DNA of 64,000 bases. Origin: Candidatus Tectimicrobiota bacterium. Lineage in GTDB: Bacteria > JACPUC01. Position 1 is the first letter of the stretch. Each line of letters starts with the position of its first letter. The notes below the pieces were generated by a model. It was not told the DNA's origin. It saw nothing but the letters and a program-made list of their open reading frames with translations, and did no database searches. The position numbers were made by a program, and so were the translations under genes. This document shows positions 9,229 to 20,192 of this stretch, in pieces. The stretch covers positions 1 through 64,000 of the forward strand of contig JACPUC010000011.1 in the NCBI GenBank assembly GCA_016192455.1. Direction: 5' to 3'.

Positions 9229-9583
9229 CGTCTCCTCCTCTCTTCCCCTGGTTCTGCTCCGCCCGCTGCGTGGTTCCGCCGCGCGGCGCGCGGCGGCTGC
9301 TGCGAATATGGCGCCACGCATTCCTTGCCGAGAGCCCGGCTCTCCGCCGCTCCTATCATCTACTACAAAGTGTGCGTTCAGGCTACCGCGGCGATGCGCG
9401 ACGCGGGTCGACGCCAAGCTTCTCCGCGGCGGGCCCCGCGGCGCCCAGCGTTGACGCAGGCCGACAGTCTGCTACGATAGCGGCGCGGACGCCGGCGTCA
9501 AGGTGGGCTCGCAACGGCCTTCCTAGGCGCCTCGGCGTCGCTTCGCAGTCCTCGCCGTCCTCGAGACCTCAGCGTACGCTTCC

Positions 9584-10450
9584 ATGACCCTGTACGTCCA
9601 AGCGATTCTGAACGGCATCCTGGTGGGCGGGGTGTATGGCCTCGTGGCGATCGGCCTGTCGCTGATCTTCGGGGTGATGAAGATCATCAACTTCGCGCAC
9701 GGGGAGATGCTGGTCCTGGCGATGTACCTGAGCTTCTTCCTCTTCACGCTGCTCGGGATCGATCCGTACATGTCGCTGTTCGTCTGCGCGGTCGCCGCTT
9801 TCATCCTCGGCTATGGCGTGCAGCGCTTCCTGGTGAACCGCATCCTGCATGTGCCGGAGGAGATGCAGGTGCTCCTCATGCTCGGCGTGGCGCTGGTGCT
9901 GCAGAACGCCACGCTGGTGGCCTGGGGACCGAACTTCCGCGCCGCGCAGACCCGCTACAGCCTGAGCACGGTGTGGCTGGGGCCGCTCGTGATGGATGTG
10001 CCGCGGCTCGTCGCTTTCGTCCTGGCGTTGGCCCTGGCGCTCCTCCTCTATCTCTTCCTGCGGCGCACCGAGCTGGGGACGACCATCCGCGCCGCCGCCG
10101 ACAACCGCGACGGCGCCGTGCTCATCGGCCTCGACGTGAGGCGCATCTACGCCTTCAGCTTCGGCCTCGGCGCCGCCTGCGTCGGCGCCGCCGGCTCCAT
10201 CATCCTGCCGTTCCTGCCGATGTCGCCCTACTCGGCGCTCAGCTTCACGTTGACGAGCTTCATCGTCGTCATCCTGGGCGGCATGGGGAGCTTCCTGGGG
10301 GTGCTCGTCGGGGGCCTCTTCGTCGGCGTGGCGGAGAACCTGGGCGCGGTGGTCCTGACCAGTTCGAGCAAGTACATCTTCAGCTACGCCTTGCTCATTC
10401 TCGTGATGGTGCTCCGTCCACAAGGGATTTTCCGAGGGCGCAGCGGATGA
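9584..10450 (+). CDS. livH: Branched-chain amino acid ABC permease
   Basis: GLSLIFGVMKIINFAHGE; VVILGGMGS. Confidence 0.9.
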   Translation: MTLYVQAILNGILVGGVYGLVAIGLSLIFGVMKIINFAHGEMLVLAMYLSFFLFTLLGIDPYMSLFVCAVAAFILGYGVQRFLVNRILHVPEEMQVLLMLGVALVLQNATLVAWGPNFRAAQTRYSLSTVWLGPLVMDVPRLVAFVLALALALLLYLFLRRTELGTTIRAAADNRDGAVLIGLDVRRIYAFSFGLGAACVGAAGSIILPFLPMSPYSALSFTLTSFIVVILGGMGSFLGVLVGGLFVGVAENLGAVVLTSSSKYIFSYALLILVMVLRPQGIFRGRSG

Positions 10451-11436
10451 GGGCGTTCACCGGGGAGAGAGCCGCGCGGCGAGGCCCCATGCTCGTGGGG
10501 GGGGCGCTGCTCCTGCTCCTGGCGGCGCCCCTCTACCTGGGCTCGTACTGGACCTCCACCCTCATCCTCGTCTTCTTCTATGCCTACACGGGACAGTGTT
10601 GGAACATCCTCGGCGGCTACGCCGGCCAGGTCTCCCTCGGGCATGCCGCCTTCCTGGGCATCGGCGCCTACACGAGCACGGCGCTCTTCATGTTCGCCGG
10701 CCTCACGCCGTGGCTCGGCATGCTCGCGGGGGGCGTGCTGGCGGCGCTCCTGGGGCTGTGCATCGGCTTTGTCAGCTTCCGCTTCCACATCCGCGGCGCC
10801 TACTTCATCCTCATCACCCTGGCCTTCGCCGAGATCTTCCACCTCCTGGCCCTGCACCTCGAGTCGCTGGGCGGGGCGCAGGGGCTCTTCGTCCCGTTCA
10901 CCGGCGCGAGCTGGGCGAAGATGCAGTTCAAGGGGAACACGAACTACTACTACGTGGCGCTCGCGCTCCTCGTCGTCATCACCCTGGTGGCGCGCGCCCT
11001 CGAGCGCTCCAAGCTCGGCCTCTACCTGGTGGCGATCCGCGAGGACGAGGACGCCTCGCGCGCCCTCGGCGTCAATACCATGCGCTGCAAGCTGGCGGCC
11101 ACGGCCATCAGCGCCTTCTTCACCGCCCTGGCCGGAGCCTTCTACAGCAACTATTTCTTCTACATCCATCCCGACGAGGTGCTCGACGTCGAGCTGTCGG
11201 TGGATATCCTCCTGCGGCCGATCGTGGGCGGCGCCGGCACCCTCTTCGGCCCCATCGTCGGCTCCTTCATCCTGACGCCGCTGGCGGAGCTGTCGCGCGC
11301 CTACTTCTCCAAGGAGGGGCTCATCGGCACGCACCTGATCATCTACGGCCTCCTCCTCATCGCGGTGGTGCTCTTCTTCCCGCGTGGGGTGGCGCCCTAC
11401 CTGGCGCGCCTCGTGGCGGGAAAACGGACCTCCTGA
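10447..11436 (+). CDS. livM: Branched-chain amino acid ABC permease
   Basis: WNILGGYAGQVSLGHAAF; AIREDEDA; ATGA overlap with livH. Confidence 0.9.
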   Translation: MRAFTGERAARRGPMLVGGALLLLLAAPLYLGSYWTSTLILVFFYAYTGQCWNILGGYAGQVSLGHAAFLGIGAYTSTALFMFAGLTPWLGMLAGGVLAALLGLCIGFVSFRFHIRGAYFILITLAFAEIFHLLALHLESLGGAQGLFVPFTGASWAKMQFKGNTNYYYVALALLVVITLVARALERSKLGLYLVAIREDEDASRALGVNTMRCKLAATAISAFFTALAGAFYSNYFFYIHPDEVLDVELSVDILLRPIVGGAGTLFGPIVGSFILTPLAELSRAYFSKEGLIGTHLIIYGLLLIAVVLFFPRGVAPYLARLVAGKRTS

Positions 11437-12239
11437 TGGTCATCCTGCAGGTCGAGAAGGTGGCGAAACGTTTCGGCGGCCTGCTGGCGGTGGACGACGT
11501 CTCCTTCAGCCTGGACGAGGGGGAAATCCTGGGTCTCATTGGTCCCAACGGCGCCGGCAAGACGACCCTGTTCAACCTCCTCACCGGCTTCCTGCAACCG
11601 GAGAGCGGCCGCATCCACTTCCGCGGCGCCGACATCACGCGCCTGCCGCCTCACGCCATCTGCCGTCTCGGCATGGTGCGCACCTTCCAGATCGTCCGTC
11701 CCTTCCTGCGCCTCAGCGTCCTGGAGAACGTCGTCGTGGCGGCGCTTCTGCGCACCAACGCCATGGCCGCCGCCAGGCGGCAGGCGGAGGACCTCCTCAC
11801 CTTCGTCGGACTGGAGGCCAGGCGCCACACCCCCGCCGCCACCCTCACCCTCCCCGACCGCAAGCGCCTCGAGCTCGGCCGCGCCCTCGCCACGCAGCCG
11901 CGACTCCTCATGCTCGACGAGGTGATGGCCGGCCTCACCCCCACGGAGTCGGACCGCTTCCTGGGCCTCATCCGCCAGGTGAACCAACGCGGCGTCACGG
12001 TGCTGCTCATCGAGCACGTCATGCGGGCCGTCATGGCGCTCAGCCACCGCGTCCTGGTGCTGAACTACGGCGAGCTGATCGCGGCGGGATCACCCGCCGC
12101 CGTGGTGCGGGACCGCCAGGTCATCGAGGCCTACCTCGGAGAAGACTACGCCTACGCTGGAACGGTTCGAGAAGGGAACCCCGGACCGCCTGGGGAGCCT
12201 ACCCAAGACCACGGTGCCAGCGCGCCCGAGCGGCGGTGA
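11436..12239 (+). CDS. livG: Branched-chain amino acid ABC ATPase
   Basis: GPNGAGKTT, RTFQ, LDEVMAG, IEHVM, EAYLG; extended non-conserved tail. Confidence 0.9.
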   Translation: MVILQVEKVAKRFGGLLAVDDVSFSLDEGEILGLIGPNGAGKTTLFNLLTGFLQPESGRIHFRGADITRLPPHAICRLGMVRTFQIVRPFLRLSVLENVVVAALLRTNAMAAARRQAEDLLTFVGLEARRHTPAATLTLPDRKRLELGRALATQPRLLMLDEVMAGLTPTESDRFLGLIRQVNQRGVTVLLIEHVMRAVMALSHRVLVLNYGELIAAGSPAAVVRDRQVIEAYLGEDYAYAGTVREGNPGPPGEPTQDHGASAPERR

Positions 12240-12350
12240 AGGCGGGGGCGGTGGCTCCCCCTCGAAACCTCTCCCTTCCGTCTCACCCCAGCACGCTTGG
12301 CAACCCCTCCAGCTCCTGCCGGCCAGGGGCCGCGTTGCCGCCTCGGTCCG

Positions 12351-15002
12351 CTACCGGAGCTGCACCTCCACGCTCCCGAAGGTTAAGCTGCCGGTGCTGA
12401 GCAGCCCGTCCATGAGCGTGTCGATCCCGAAGAAGAACGTGCGAGGCCCAGGCTGCATCGGCAGGCCGGCGAGCGGCAGGGGGAAGGAGGGGAGGTCGAA
12501 GAGTGGACCGGCGTAAGCGCGCCGCACCGCCTCCGAGCGCACCCAGCCCTCTTCCAAGGTGAACCAAAAGAGGCCCTCGGGGGTGAGGACCGCCACCCAC
12601 CAGTCGGCCGGCCGGCCATTGCTTCCGCCCGCCTCCAGGCTCACCGTAAGGAGGAGCGGCGCGCCCCGGTCGAGGCTGAGGGGGCCGGCCGAGCCGTTGG
12701 CCTTGATCATCACGTGCGCGCTTGCCGCCGGCGGAGGGGCGGCCGGCGCGATGCCGGCGGCGATGATCCCGTCCCCGAACGTGCCCATCAGGAGGCGGTT
12801 CGGGTCATCGGGGTAGAAGGCCAGCGAGTAAATCAAGTTGTGCGGCAGCAGACCCTGCAGCCGGGACCAGGTGGCGCCGTTGTCGGTCGAGCGGTAGATG
12901 CCGGCGTTCAGGTTGCGTCCCGTCAGGTAGCTTGTGGAAGCCGCGGCATAGAGGGCGCCAGGGGCGGCAGGGGCGTCGATGACATCCTGCACGTAAGGTT
13001 GCCCCAGGACCTCCGTGAAGGTGAGACCGTCATCGGAGACCAGCAGCGCTCCCCTGCCGAGCTGACCATCCTCCGAGGTAAACCCGCCCACGAAGAGGCG
13101 CCGCGGACTGCCGGCGAAGCGCACGGCGAGCACGTCGCTCTCGGGGTAACCCTGGACGCGCGTCCAGCGCCGGCCGCCGTCCGTCGAGCGCAGCAGGCCG
13201 CCGCTGGCGCCGAAGGGGCCGCCGAAGAGTCCCGGCTGATCGGGCCGCAAGCCGGCGTAGAGGGTGGTCGGCGTCGCGGGATCGATCGCCAGGCTGTAGA
13301 TGACCTGGCGCTCCTGCTCTGTCATGCCGTCGTCCGCGGTGCTCCAGGAGGCGCCGCCGTCGCGCGAGGCGTAGAGGCGGTCGCCGTGGAAGGCGACGTA
13401 GATGGTGTCGGTCGCCGGGGTGTCGCCCCAGACCACCGCCAGCGTGGTGCGGCCGGCCAGCGCCGGGACCTGCGCCGGGGTGATGTCCCGCATGCTGACG
13501 CCGCCGTCCGTGCTGGCGAAGAGAAGGGAGCGGTGCCCCTCGCGCAGACCGTTCGACCAGCTCGAGACCCCAAAGTAGCCGCGCCGGGAATCGGTCGGAT
13601 GCACCTGCATTTCCGACACCCCGTCCGGGCCGTCCGACCCCGTCGGCTGCCAGATGAGCTGGTTCCAGGACGCGCCGCGGTCGTCCGACCGCCACAGGCC
13701 AATATCTTCGAAGGCCGCGTAGAGCACCCCTTGCGAAACCTGCAGGTCATACACCCCCGTCACCTCGGCCCCCGTGCCAACCCATCTCTCCCCCACGCGC
13801 CGCGTCGAGAGCTGCGTCCAGGTTCGGCCGCCGTCGGCGCTCTTGATGACGGCGTTCTCGTTGCACGAGAGGAGTAGGTTCGGGTCGCTGGTCGAGACCG
13901 CAACGCACTCCGGGGCTGGCCGCCAGTCGCTGTTCCAGGTCGTCGGAAAGTTGGCCGTGAGATCGGTCCAGGCGGTTTCATAGCGGTAGGTTCCGCCCAA
14001 AGCCTCATTCGTCCGCAGGTTGAGGTAGAGAATGGCGGGGTTGGCGGGGTGGATGCGGGCGCCCTTGGCCCGCAGAATCTCATCGGTAACCTCATGGATG
14101 CGGGGTTGATCGGCCACCTCGCTCCAGGTGACCCCGTCAGCGGAGCGGTAGACTCCGCCCGACCAAGTGGCGGGATTGCCGTCCTCGCCCAGGGTCTCCA
14201 GCACGTACCAGTAGCGGCGTGCCGCGCCGCTGCCGGCAACGCCGATCCACTGGCCGTGATCATGGCGGAACGGCCCCGCCAGCTTCGTAAACGAGGCGCC
14301 GTTGTCGGTGCCGCGGTAGAGTCCGGCGCTGGTGGCGGCGAAGAGGCTGCCATCGCTGGTGTCGAAGGCGAGGGAGGCGATGACGGCTGCCTCCGGGATG
14401 CCCGGCGCCTGTACGCGGGTGAAGCTCTCGCCGTCATCGGTCGAGCGGTAGAGGCCGGCGCCGGTTTCCGGAGTGTGCCAGGTGCCGGTTCCCGCCAGCA
14501 CCAGCCCCGGCGTGGCGGGTGAGAAGGCCACGGAGCTGAAGGAGATCGGCTCCGGCGGCGGCGGTTCGGAGGGGCCGGGGACGACGGAGCGCCAAGTCTC
14601 GCCCGCGTCGTCGGAGCGCAGCAGCCCGATCCAGGTGGCGGCTAAGAAGACCTCGCCGCGGCTGGGGTGGGCGATCAGCTCCTCGATGCCGTAGGCGCCC
14701 GCCGTAACGTCAGGCCGCGAGACGCCCCCCTGATTGACGTGGCGCCAGCTCATGCCGCCGTCGGTGGTCTTGAAGATGCCGCCGATGTCCATGCCGAGCA
14801 GGATGATGTCAGGGTTTGTGGTATGGAAGACCCCCGCGAAGACTCCTCCGCCGCCCCCCGGTCCCAGGCTGGCGAAATTGCCCAAGGCGGGCGCCTCGCC
14901 TGCCTGCGCTTTCAGGCGCGGCGTGGCGCTCTCGGCAGGAGCGCTCGCGGCAAACCCGAGCACCATGGCCACGAGCAGAAACAGCGTGCGGCGCCGCGAC
15001 AT
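12351..15002 (-). CDS. Secreted BNR/Asp-box beta-propeller protein (sortilin/GH74-like) with C-terminal extra domain
   Basis: Signal peptide; many S/T-x-D-G-G-x-T/S-W Asp-box repeats; GGAGAGG RBS. Confidence 0.85.
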   Translation of the reverse strand: MSRRRTLFLLVAMVLGFAASAPAESATPRLKAQAGEAPALGNFASLGPGGGGGVFAGVFHTTNPDIILLGMDIGGIFKTTDGGMSWRHVNQGGVSRPDVTAGAYGIEELIAHPSRGEVFLAATWIGLLRSDDAGETWRSVVPGPSEPPPPEPISFSSVAFSPATPGLVLAGTGTWHTPETGAGLYRSTDDGESFTRVQAPGIPEAAVIASLAFDTSDGSLFAATSAGLYRGTDNGASFTKLAGPFRHDHGQWIGVAGSGAARRYWYVLETLGEDGNPATWSGGVYRSADGVTWSEVADQPRIHEVTDEILRAKGARIHPANPAILYLNLRTNEALGGTYRYETAWTDLTANFPTTWNSDWRPAPECVAVSTSDPNLLLSCNENAVIKSADGGRTWTQLSTRRVGERWVGTGAEVTGVYDLQVSQGVLYAAFEDIGLWRSDDRGASWNQLIWQPTGSDGPDGVSEMQVHPTDSRRGYFGVSSWSNGLREGHRSLLFASTDGGVSMRDITPAQVPALAGRTTLAVVWGDTPATDTIYVAFHGDRLYASRDGGASWSTADDGMTEQERQVIYSLAIDPATPTTLYAGLRPDQPGLFGGPFGASGGLLRSTDGGRRWTRVQGYPESDVLAVRFAGSPRRLFVGGFTSEDGQLGRGALLVSDDGLTFTEVLGQPYVQDVIDAPAAPGALYAAASTSYLTGRNLNAGIYRSTDNGATWSRLQGLLPHNLIYSLAFYPDDPNRLLMGTFGDGIIAAGIAPAAPPPAASAHVMIKANGSAGPLSLDRGAPLLLTVSLEAGGSNGRPADWWVAVLTPEGLFWFTLEEGWVRSEAVRRAYAGPLFDLPSFPLPLAGLPMQPGPRTFFFGIDTLMDGLLSTGSLTFGSVEVQLR

Positions 15003-15221
15003 TGGCTGATCCTCTCCTTCGAGGGAGGGCATGCGGGGAGACCCAGCTCCTCAACAGGAAGCACACAGAAGAGGCAGCGTAGTATACCCCAACGGCAGTG
15101 AAACTCCGCACCGTCTTGCGGAGCGTCTTCGCCGAGGCGCCGAAAGTGGAGGGCGACCCTGGTTGCGCGCGGCTTCAGAGTTCAGTAGGGTAGCCTCAGT
15201 TCGGCGCGGTGGGGGAGGACT

Positions 15222-15932
<711 letters not shown>

Positions 15933-16093
15933 CCGCGGGGAGGCGAGCCGCCGGGTCACTCGGCGCGCCGGCACAACCCCTGGCGGGGCCGGCCCCGCCT
16001 TGACAACCGCGGCGATTCTCGGCAAGAGATCATGCGGTGGGGTCCCTGGCGGCTCAGCTTCGTCTTCCCATTGTCATCCCTGGAGGCCGGCGC

Positions 16094-17734
16094 ATGGCGG
16101 AAAGCTACGAGGTGGTGGTGATCGGTGGCGGACACAACGGCCTGACGACGGCGGCCTACCTGGCGAAAGCAGGGCTCTCCGTCTGCGTCGTCGAGCGCCA
16201 GCACAACATCGGCGGCGGCTGCTCCACCGAGGAGGTGACGCTCCCCGGCTTCAAGCACAACCTGCACTCCCAGGGACACATGGGCGGACCGGTCTACACC
16301 ACCCAGGAGCTGGAGAAGCACGGCGCCACCTACGTCCGCCCCGACCCGCAGTACGCCTGCGTCTTTAGAGACGACCGCAGCGTCATCCTCTACCAGGACC
16401 TCGAGCGCACCATCGACACCATCGCGACGTTCTCGAAGCGCGACGCCGAGGCCTACCGCCGCATGTTCCAGAAGTTCCGCGACCTGCGGCGCATCATCAT
16501 CGCCTCCTGGTTCGCCCCGCCGATGCCGCCCAGCAACCTCTACCGCCTGTTCGAGAACACCGCCGACGGCCAGGAGCTCCTCTTCCTCCTCAACTCCTCC
16601 TGCAAGTCGGTGGTGGACCACTACTTCGAGAGCCAGCAGGTGAAGGTGTGGGTTCTGCTGGCGGCCATGCAGGGCTCCATCCCGCTCGATGTTTACGGCC
16701 TCGGCATCAACATCCCCACCCTCTTCACCGGTTTGCACCTGCGCCCTTACGGCGTCTGCGTCGGCGGCGCGCGCAACTTCGCCGAAGCGCTGGCGAACGT
16801 GCTGCGGCAGCACGGCGGCGTCATCAAGAAGAGCGCCGCGGTGGCGCGGGTGCTCGTCGAGGGCGGCGAGGCGCGGGGGGTGGAGCTGGCCGACGGAACG
16901 CGGATTCTGGCGACCAGGGCCATCGCCTCGAACACCAGCATCAAGCCGCTCATGCTCGAGCTGGTGGGCCGCGAGCGCCTGCCGGAAGAGTTCGCGCGCC
17001 AGGTGGACGGCTACCTGCCGGAGGAGATGACCCTCTTCACGCCGCACTACGCCCTGGACGGCCCGGTCTCCTACCGCGCCGCGCGCCTCAACCCCGACGT
17101 GGATCAGGCGATGTACGTGAGCTGGGGCGTCGAGACGGTGGCCGAGCTGCAGACGCAGATCAACGACATCCGCATCGGCCGGGCGTCGCGCGTCGTCGGC
17201 GCCTTCTCCCTCTCCCCCAGCAAGCACGACCCCAGCCAGGCGCCCGCGGGGAAGCATACCGGCATGATCTGGCAGTTCGCCCCCTTCCGGCTGCACGGCG
17301 CGGGCGAGAACTGGGTGCGCGCCGGGCTCGGCGAATGGGGCGAGGGAGGAAAAGTGCCGAAGGAGGCCTACGCCGACTACCTCACCGAGCGCTACCGCGA
17401 GGTAGCCCCCGACAGCTTCGCGCCGCGCAACATCCTGGGGCGCCACGTCTACTCGCCCTGGGACATCGTGCAGAACAACCCGGCGATGTTCGAGGCCTCC
17501 ACCCATCACGGGCGCTGCACCGCCAACCAGATGGGCATCTTCCGTCCCTTCCCCGGCTGGGCCAACTATCGCATGCCGATCAAGAAGCTCTACCTCTGCG
17601 GCGGCTCGGCGCACCCACTCGGCGGCGTGCACGGCGGACCCGGCTTCAACTGCGCCGGCGCCATCGCCGACGACCTGGGCGTGAAGAAGTGGTGGCTGCG
17701 GGAGTCGAAGACGCTGCGCGCGGCGGCGAGGTGA
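16094..17734 (+). CDS. Phytoene dehydrogenase-like FAD-dependent oxidoreductase
   Basis: VIGGGHNGL..ER..IGG Rossmann fold; LYLCGGSAHPLGGVHGGPGFNCA. Confidence 0.88.
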   Translation: MAESYEVVVIGGGHNGLTTAAYLAKAGLSVCVVERQHNIGGGCSTEEVTLPGFKHNLHSQGHMGGPVYTTQELEKHGATYVRPDPQYACVFRDDRSVILYQDLERTIDTIATFSKRDAEAYRRMFQKFRDLRRIIIASWFAPPMPPSNLYRLFENTADGQELLFLLNSSCKSVVDHYFESQQVKVWVLLAAMQGSIPLDVYGLGINIPTLFTGLHLRPYGVCVGGARNFAEALANVLRQHGGVIKKSAAVARVLVEGGEARGVELADGTRILATRAIASNTSIKPLMLELVGRERLPEEFARQVDGYLPEEMTLFTPHYALDGPVSYRAARLNPDVDQAMYVSWGVETVAELQTQINDIRIGRASRVVGAFSLSPSKHDPSQAPAGKHTGMIWQFAPFRLHGAGENWVRAGLGEWGEGGKVPKEAYADYLTERYREVAPDSFAPRNILGRHVYSPWDIVQNNPAMFEASTHHGRCTANQMGIFRPFPGWANYRMPIKKLYLCGGSAHPLGGVHGGPGFNCAGAIADDLGVKKWWLRESKTLRAAAR

Positions 17735-17769
17735 GGCGGGGCGCGACTGTATGGGAGGAGGGGAATTGC

Positions 17770-17880
17770 TTGTGGGGGACCCTCGTTCCCCCACACCCAA
17801 ACCCTGCGAGCTGCTGCGCAGCTCGCGTAAGTGGGGTGCGCCCATCGCTAAGATATGGGGGGCGCGGCTCCCTCGCAGAA
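17770..17880 (+). repeat. Partial family A MITE-like repeat
   Basis: GTGGGGGACCCTCGTTCCCCCAC, GCGAGCTGCTGCGCAGCTCGC and GGGGGCGCGGCTCCCTCGCA modules. Confidence 0.7.
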
Positions 17881-17980
17881 ATACATGCTGGAACTTCGGA
17901 GACGCGAGACTTGGGAGGGCGATGGCAGAGCCACGTTTCGAGACCCCAGGAAAGCTGTCGTGAGCAAAGGAGTAGATGTC

Positions 17981-18232
17981 ATGGCAAAGCTCTACAAGAT
18001 CCCCCTGCTTCTCAGTCCTCAACCGGAGGGCGGATATACCGTCACCAGTCCGGTGTTGCCGGAGTTCATGACCGAGGGAGATACGACCGAGGAGGTCATG
18101 CGCAACGTCCGCGACGCCTTGGAAGCCACCTTGGAGCTGTACGAAGACCAGGGCCGGCCGCTGCCGGCAAACCTCTGCCAAGACACCCAAACCGAACCGG
18201 TCTGGTTTGAATACCTGGTGCCTGAGCGGTGA
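17981..18232 (+). CDS. hicB: HicB-family antitoxin (short, no DNA-binding domain)
   Basis: PEGGYTVTSPVLPEFMTEGDTTEEVMRNVRDAL; AGGAG RBS. Confidence 0.85.
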   Translation: MAKLYKIPLLLSPQPEGGYTVTSPVLPEFMTEGDTTEEVMRNVRDALEATLELYEDQGRPLPANLCQDTQTEPVWFEYLVPER

Positions 18233-18441
18233 CCTACCGGGACGTGGCGAGAAAACTGGAGGTGCTTGGTTGCCGTGAGATTCCCCGGCGCGGGAACGGG
18301 TCGCACCGGAAATGGCTCAATCCGGCCACTGGTCGAGGGACCGTGGTTCCGGACTGGGGCAGGAGGGATTTGAAACTCGGAACGATAAGAGGCGCGGTGC
18401 GTCAGCTCGGCCTTGCGTGGAGCGATTTTGAGCAGGCTTGA
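18229..18441 (+). CDS. hicA: HicA-family mRNA interferase toxin
   Basis: GSH..VVP..DLKLGTIR; GTGA overlap with hicB. Confidence 0.85.
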   Translation: MTYRDVARKLEVLGCREIPRRGNGSHRKWLNPATGRGTVVPDWGRRDLKLGTIRGAVRQLGLAWSDFEQA

Positions 18442-18442
18442 C

Positions 18443-18544
18443 ATGCGCACCCTCGTTGAGAACCCTATTCTCAACAGCGCCTTTGAAGAACCGACGCGTT
18501 GCCATGATTTCGAGGCTGACGATGTGTACTCAGGACGGCGGTGA
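18443..18544 (+). pseudogene. N-terminal stub resembling a type III-like restriction (Res) subunit
   Basis: MRTLVENPILNSAFEEPTR resembles the ENPILNSPFxEPxRH N-terminus of such enzymes; collides with the ddl 3' end. Confidence 0.55.
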
Positions 18545-19690
18545 CACCGCCTCGTCGAAGGCCGTCAGGAGCCGCGCCCGCGCCGCGTGGCGCTCACGGG
18601 CCAGCTCGATGAGGCGGTCCAGGAGCCGGCGATAGGGGAGGCCCGCCGCCGCCCACAGCTTCGGGTAGGCGCTGATGGCGGTGAAGCCGGGGATGGTGTT
18701 GATCTCGTTCACGTAGACGCGCTGCGTCGGCTCCTCGAGGAAGAAATCGACTCGTCCCATGCCCGCCGCGTCCACGGCCTTGAAGGCGGCGACCGCCAAG
18801 CCGCGGACGCGCTCGGCAATCTCTTGCGGCAGGTTGGCGGGGATGATGACCTGGCTGCCGCGGTCGCCGTACTTCGCCTGGTAGTCGTAGAACTCGCCCG
18901 CCGGGATGATCTCGCCCACCACCGAAGCCGCTGGCTCGTCGTTGCCCAGCACGCCGCACTCCAGCTCGCGGCCCGTGATCCCTTGCTCCACCACGAGACG
19001 GCGGTCGTAGCGCATGGCGTCCTGCAAGGCCGCGGCGAGGTCGCAGCGCGTCGTCGCCTTGTGCACGCCGATGCTGCTGCCGGCGTTGGCGGGCTTCACG
19101 AAGAGGGGGTACCGCAGGGCCGCCTCGATACGGTCGATGACGGCACGGTGGTCGCGCTGCCAGTCGCGCGCCAGCACCGGCACGTAGGCAGGCTGCGGCA
19201 GGCCGGCGGCGGCGAAGAGCGCCTTCATGATAAGCTTGTCCATGCCGCAGGCCGAGCCCAGGACGCCGGCGCCGACGTAGGGCACGCCGCTCATCTCCAG
19301 CATCCCCTGCAGCGTGCCGTCCTCGCCGAACGTCCCATGGAGAACCGGGAAAACCACGTCGATGGGCATCTCGCCGGCCTCGCCCGGTGATCCCAGGCAG
19401 ACGAGAGAAGCCGATCCCCCGGCAGGCCGCAAAACCACCTCGCGCGCCGCCAGGCCGGCGGCATCGAGGCTGCGGAGGTCAGCCGGCTCGGCCACCAGGC
19501 GCCAGCGCCCGTCACGCGTGATGCCCACCGGCAGCACGTCGTAGCGCTGCCGATCCAGCGCCGCAAGCACGGACGCCGCCGAGCCGAGCGACACCTCGTG
19601 CTCGCCGGGGCCCCCCCCGAAGAGCACCGCCACGCGCAGCTTGGCCGGCTCGGCGTGTGGAGCAGCCTGCGTCTCGGGCGCCACGGGCAA
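18530..19690 (-). CDS. ddl: D-alanine--D-alanine ligase
   Basis: FGG..EHEVS, LHGTFGEDG, MDK, KPANAGSSIG, FYDYQAKY, NEINTIPGFT; start TTG 19690 or GTG 19684. Confidence 0.95.
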   Translation of the reverse strand: MPVAPETQAAPHAEPAKLRVAVLFGGGPGEHEVSLGSAASVLAALDRQRYDVLPVGITRDGRWRLVAEPADLRSLDAAGLAAREVVLRPAGGSASLVCLGSPGEAGEMPIDVVFPVLHGTFGEDGTLQGMLEMSGVPYVGAGVLGSACGMDKLIMKALFAAAGLPQPAYVPVLARDWQRDHRAVIDRIEAALRYPLFVKPANAGSSIGVHKATTRCDLAAALQDAMRYDRRLVVEQGITGRELECGVLGNDEPAASVVGEIIPAGEFYDYQAKYGDRGSQVIIPANLPQEIAERVRGLAVAAFKAVDAAGMGRVDFFLEEPTQRVYVNEINTIPGFTAISAYPKLWAAAGLPYRRLLDRLIELARERHAARARLLTAFDEAVSPPS

Positions 19691-19927
19691 CCCCTTTCCT
19701 TCCTGCCCGGCTGGGCTTTTCGCGTCTCCAGGCTCGCCGGCGGCGCCGCACCCTCCGGCACGCAGCGGCGCGCGCGGCGCCGCTTCCAGCCTCCCGCGGC
19801 GCTCCTTCCCCCTACGGCTGGTGCGCGACTCGGCAAGGGTAGCGCGACTGCCATGCCGCATGCAATCCCTGGCGCTGGCGTGGGGCCAACGGCTCGGACG
19901 CAGAGCCAGGCCGATCCCGCGCCCCTG

Positions 19928-20192
19928 CCTGGAAAAAAGAACCTCGAAGTGGTTGATTTCACGTGATGGCGAGGCTGACGTTCGTGCGGCCGGTCTCCTT
20001 CACCTCTGCGTGCTCTGCGCCTCCGCGGTTCAATGGAATGCACCGCGGAGACGCAGAGCACGCAGAGAAGGTAGGGGAAGGAACCGCAGACGGACGCGGG
20101 TTCACAGAAATATCGGTCGATGGCATGGAAGCCTGCTGAGAAAGAAGTGTCCGCTTCCTGGAAAAAAGAACCTCGAAGTGGTTGATTTCACG
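19928..20192 (+). repeat. Family B repeat bounded by a perfect 36-bp direct repeat
   Basis: CCTGGAAAAAAGAACCTCGAAGTGGTTGATTTCACG at 19928-19963 and 20157-20192; interior matches about 40290-40560. Confidence 0.85.

Noticed and set aside
19928-20192. 36-bp perfect direct repeat as a CRISPR array
   Set aside because: Only two copies, a 193-bp spacer that is itself a dispersed repeat, and no cas genes
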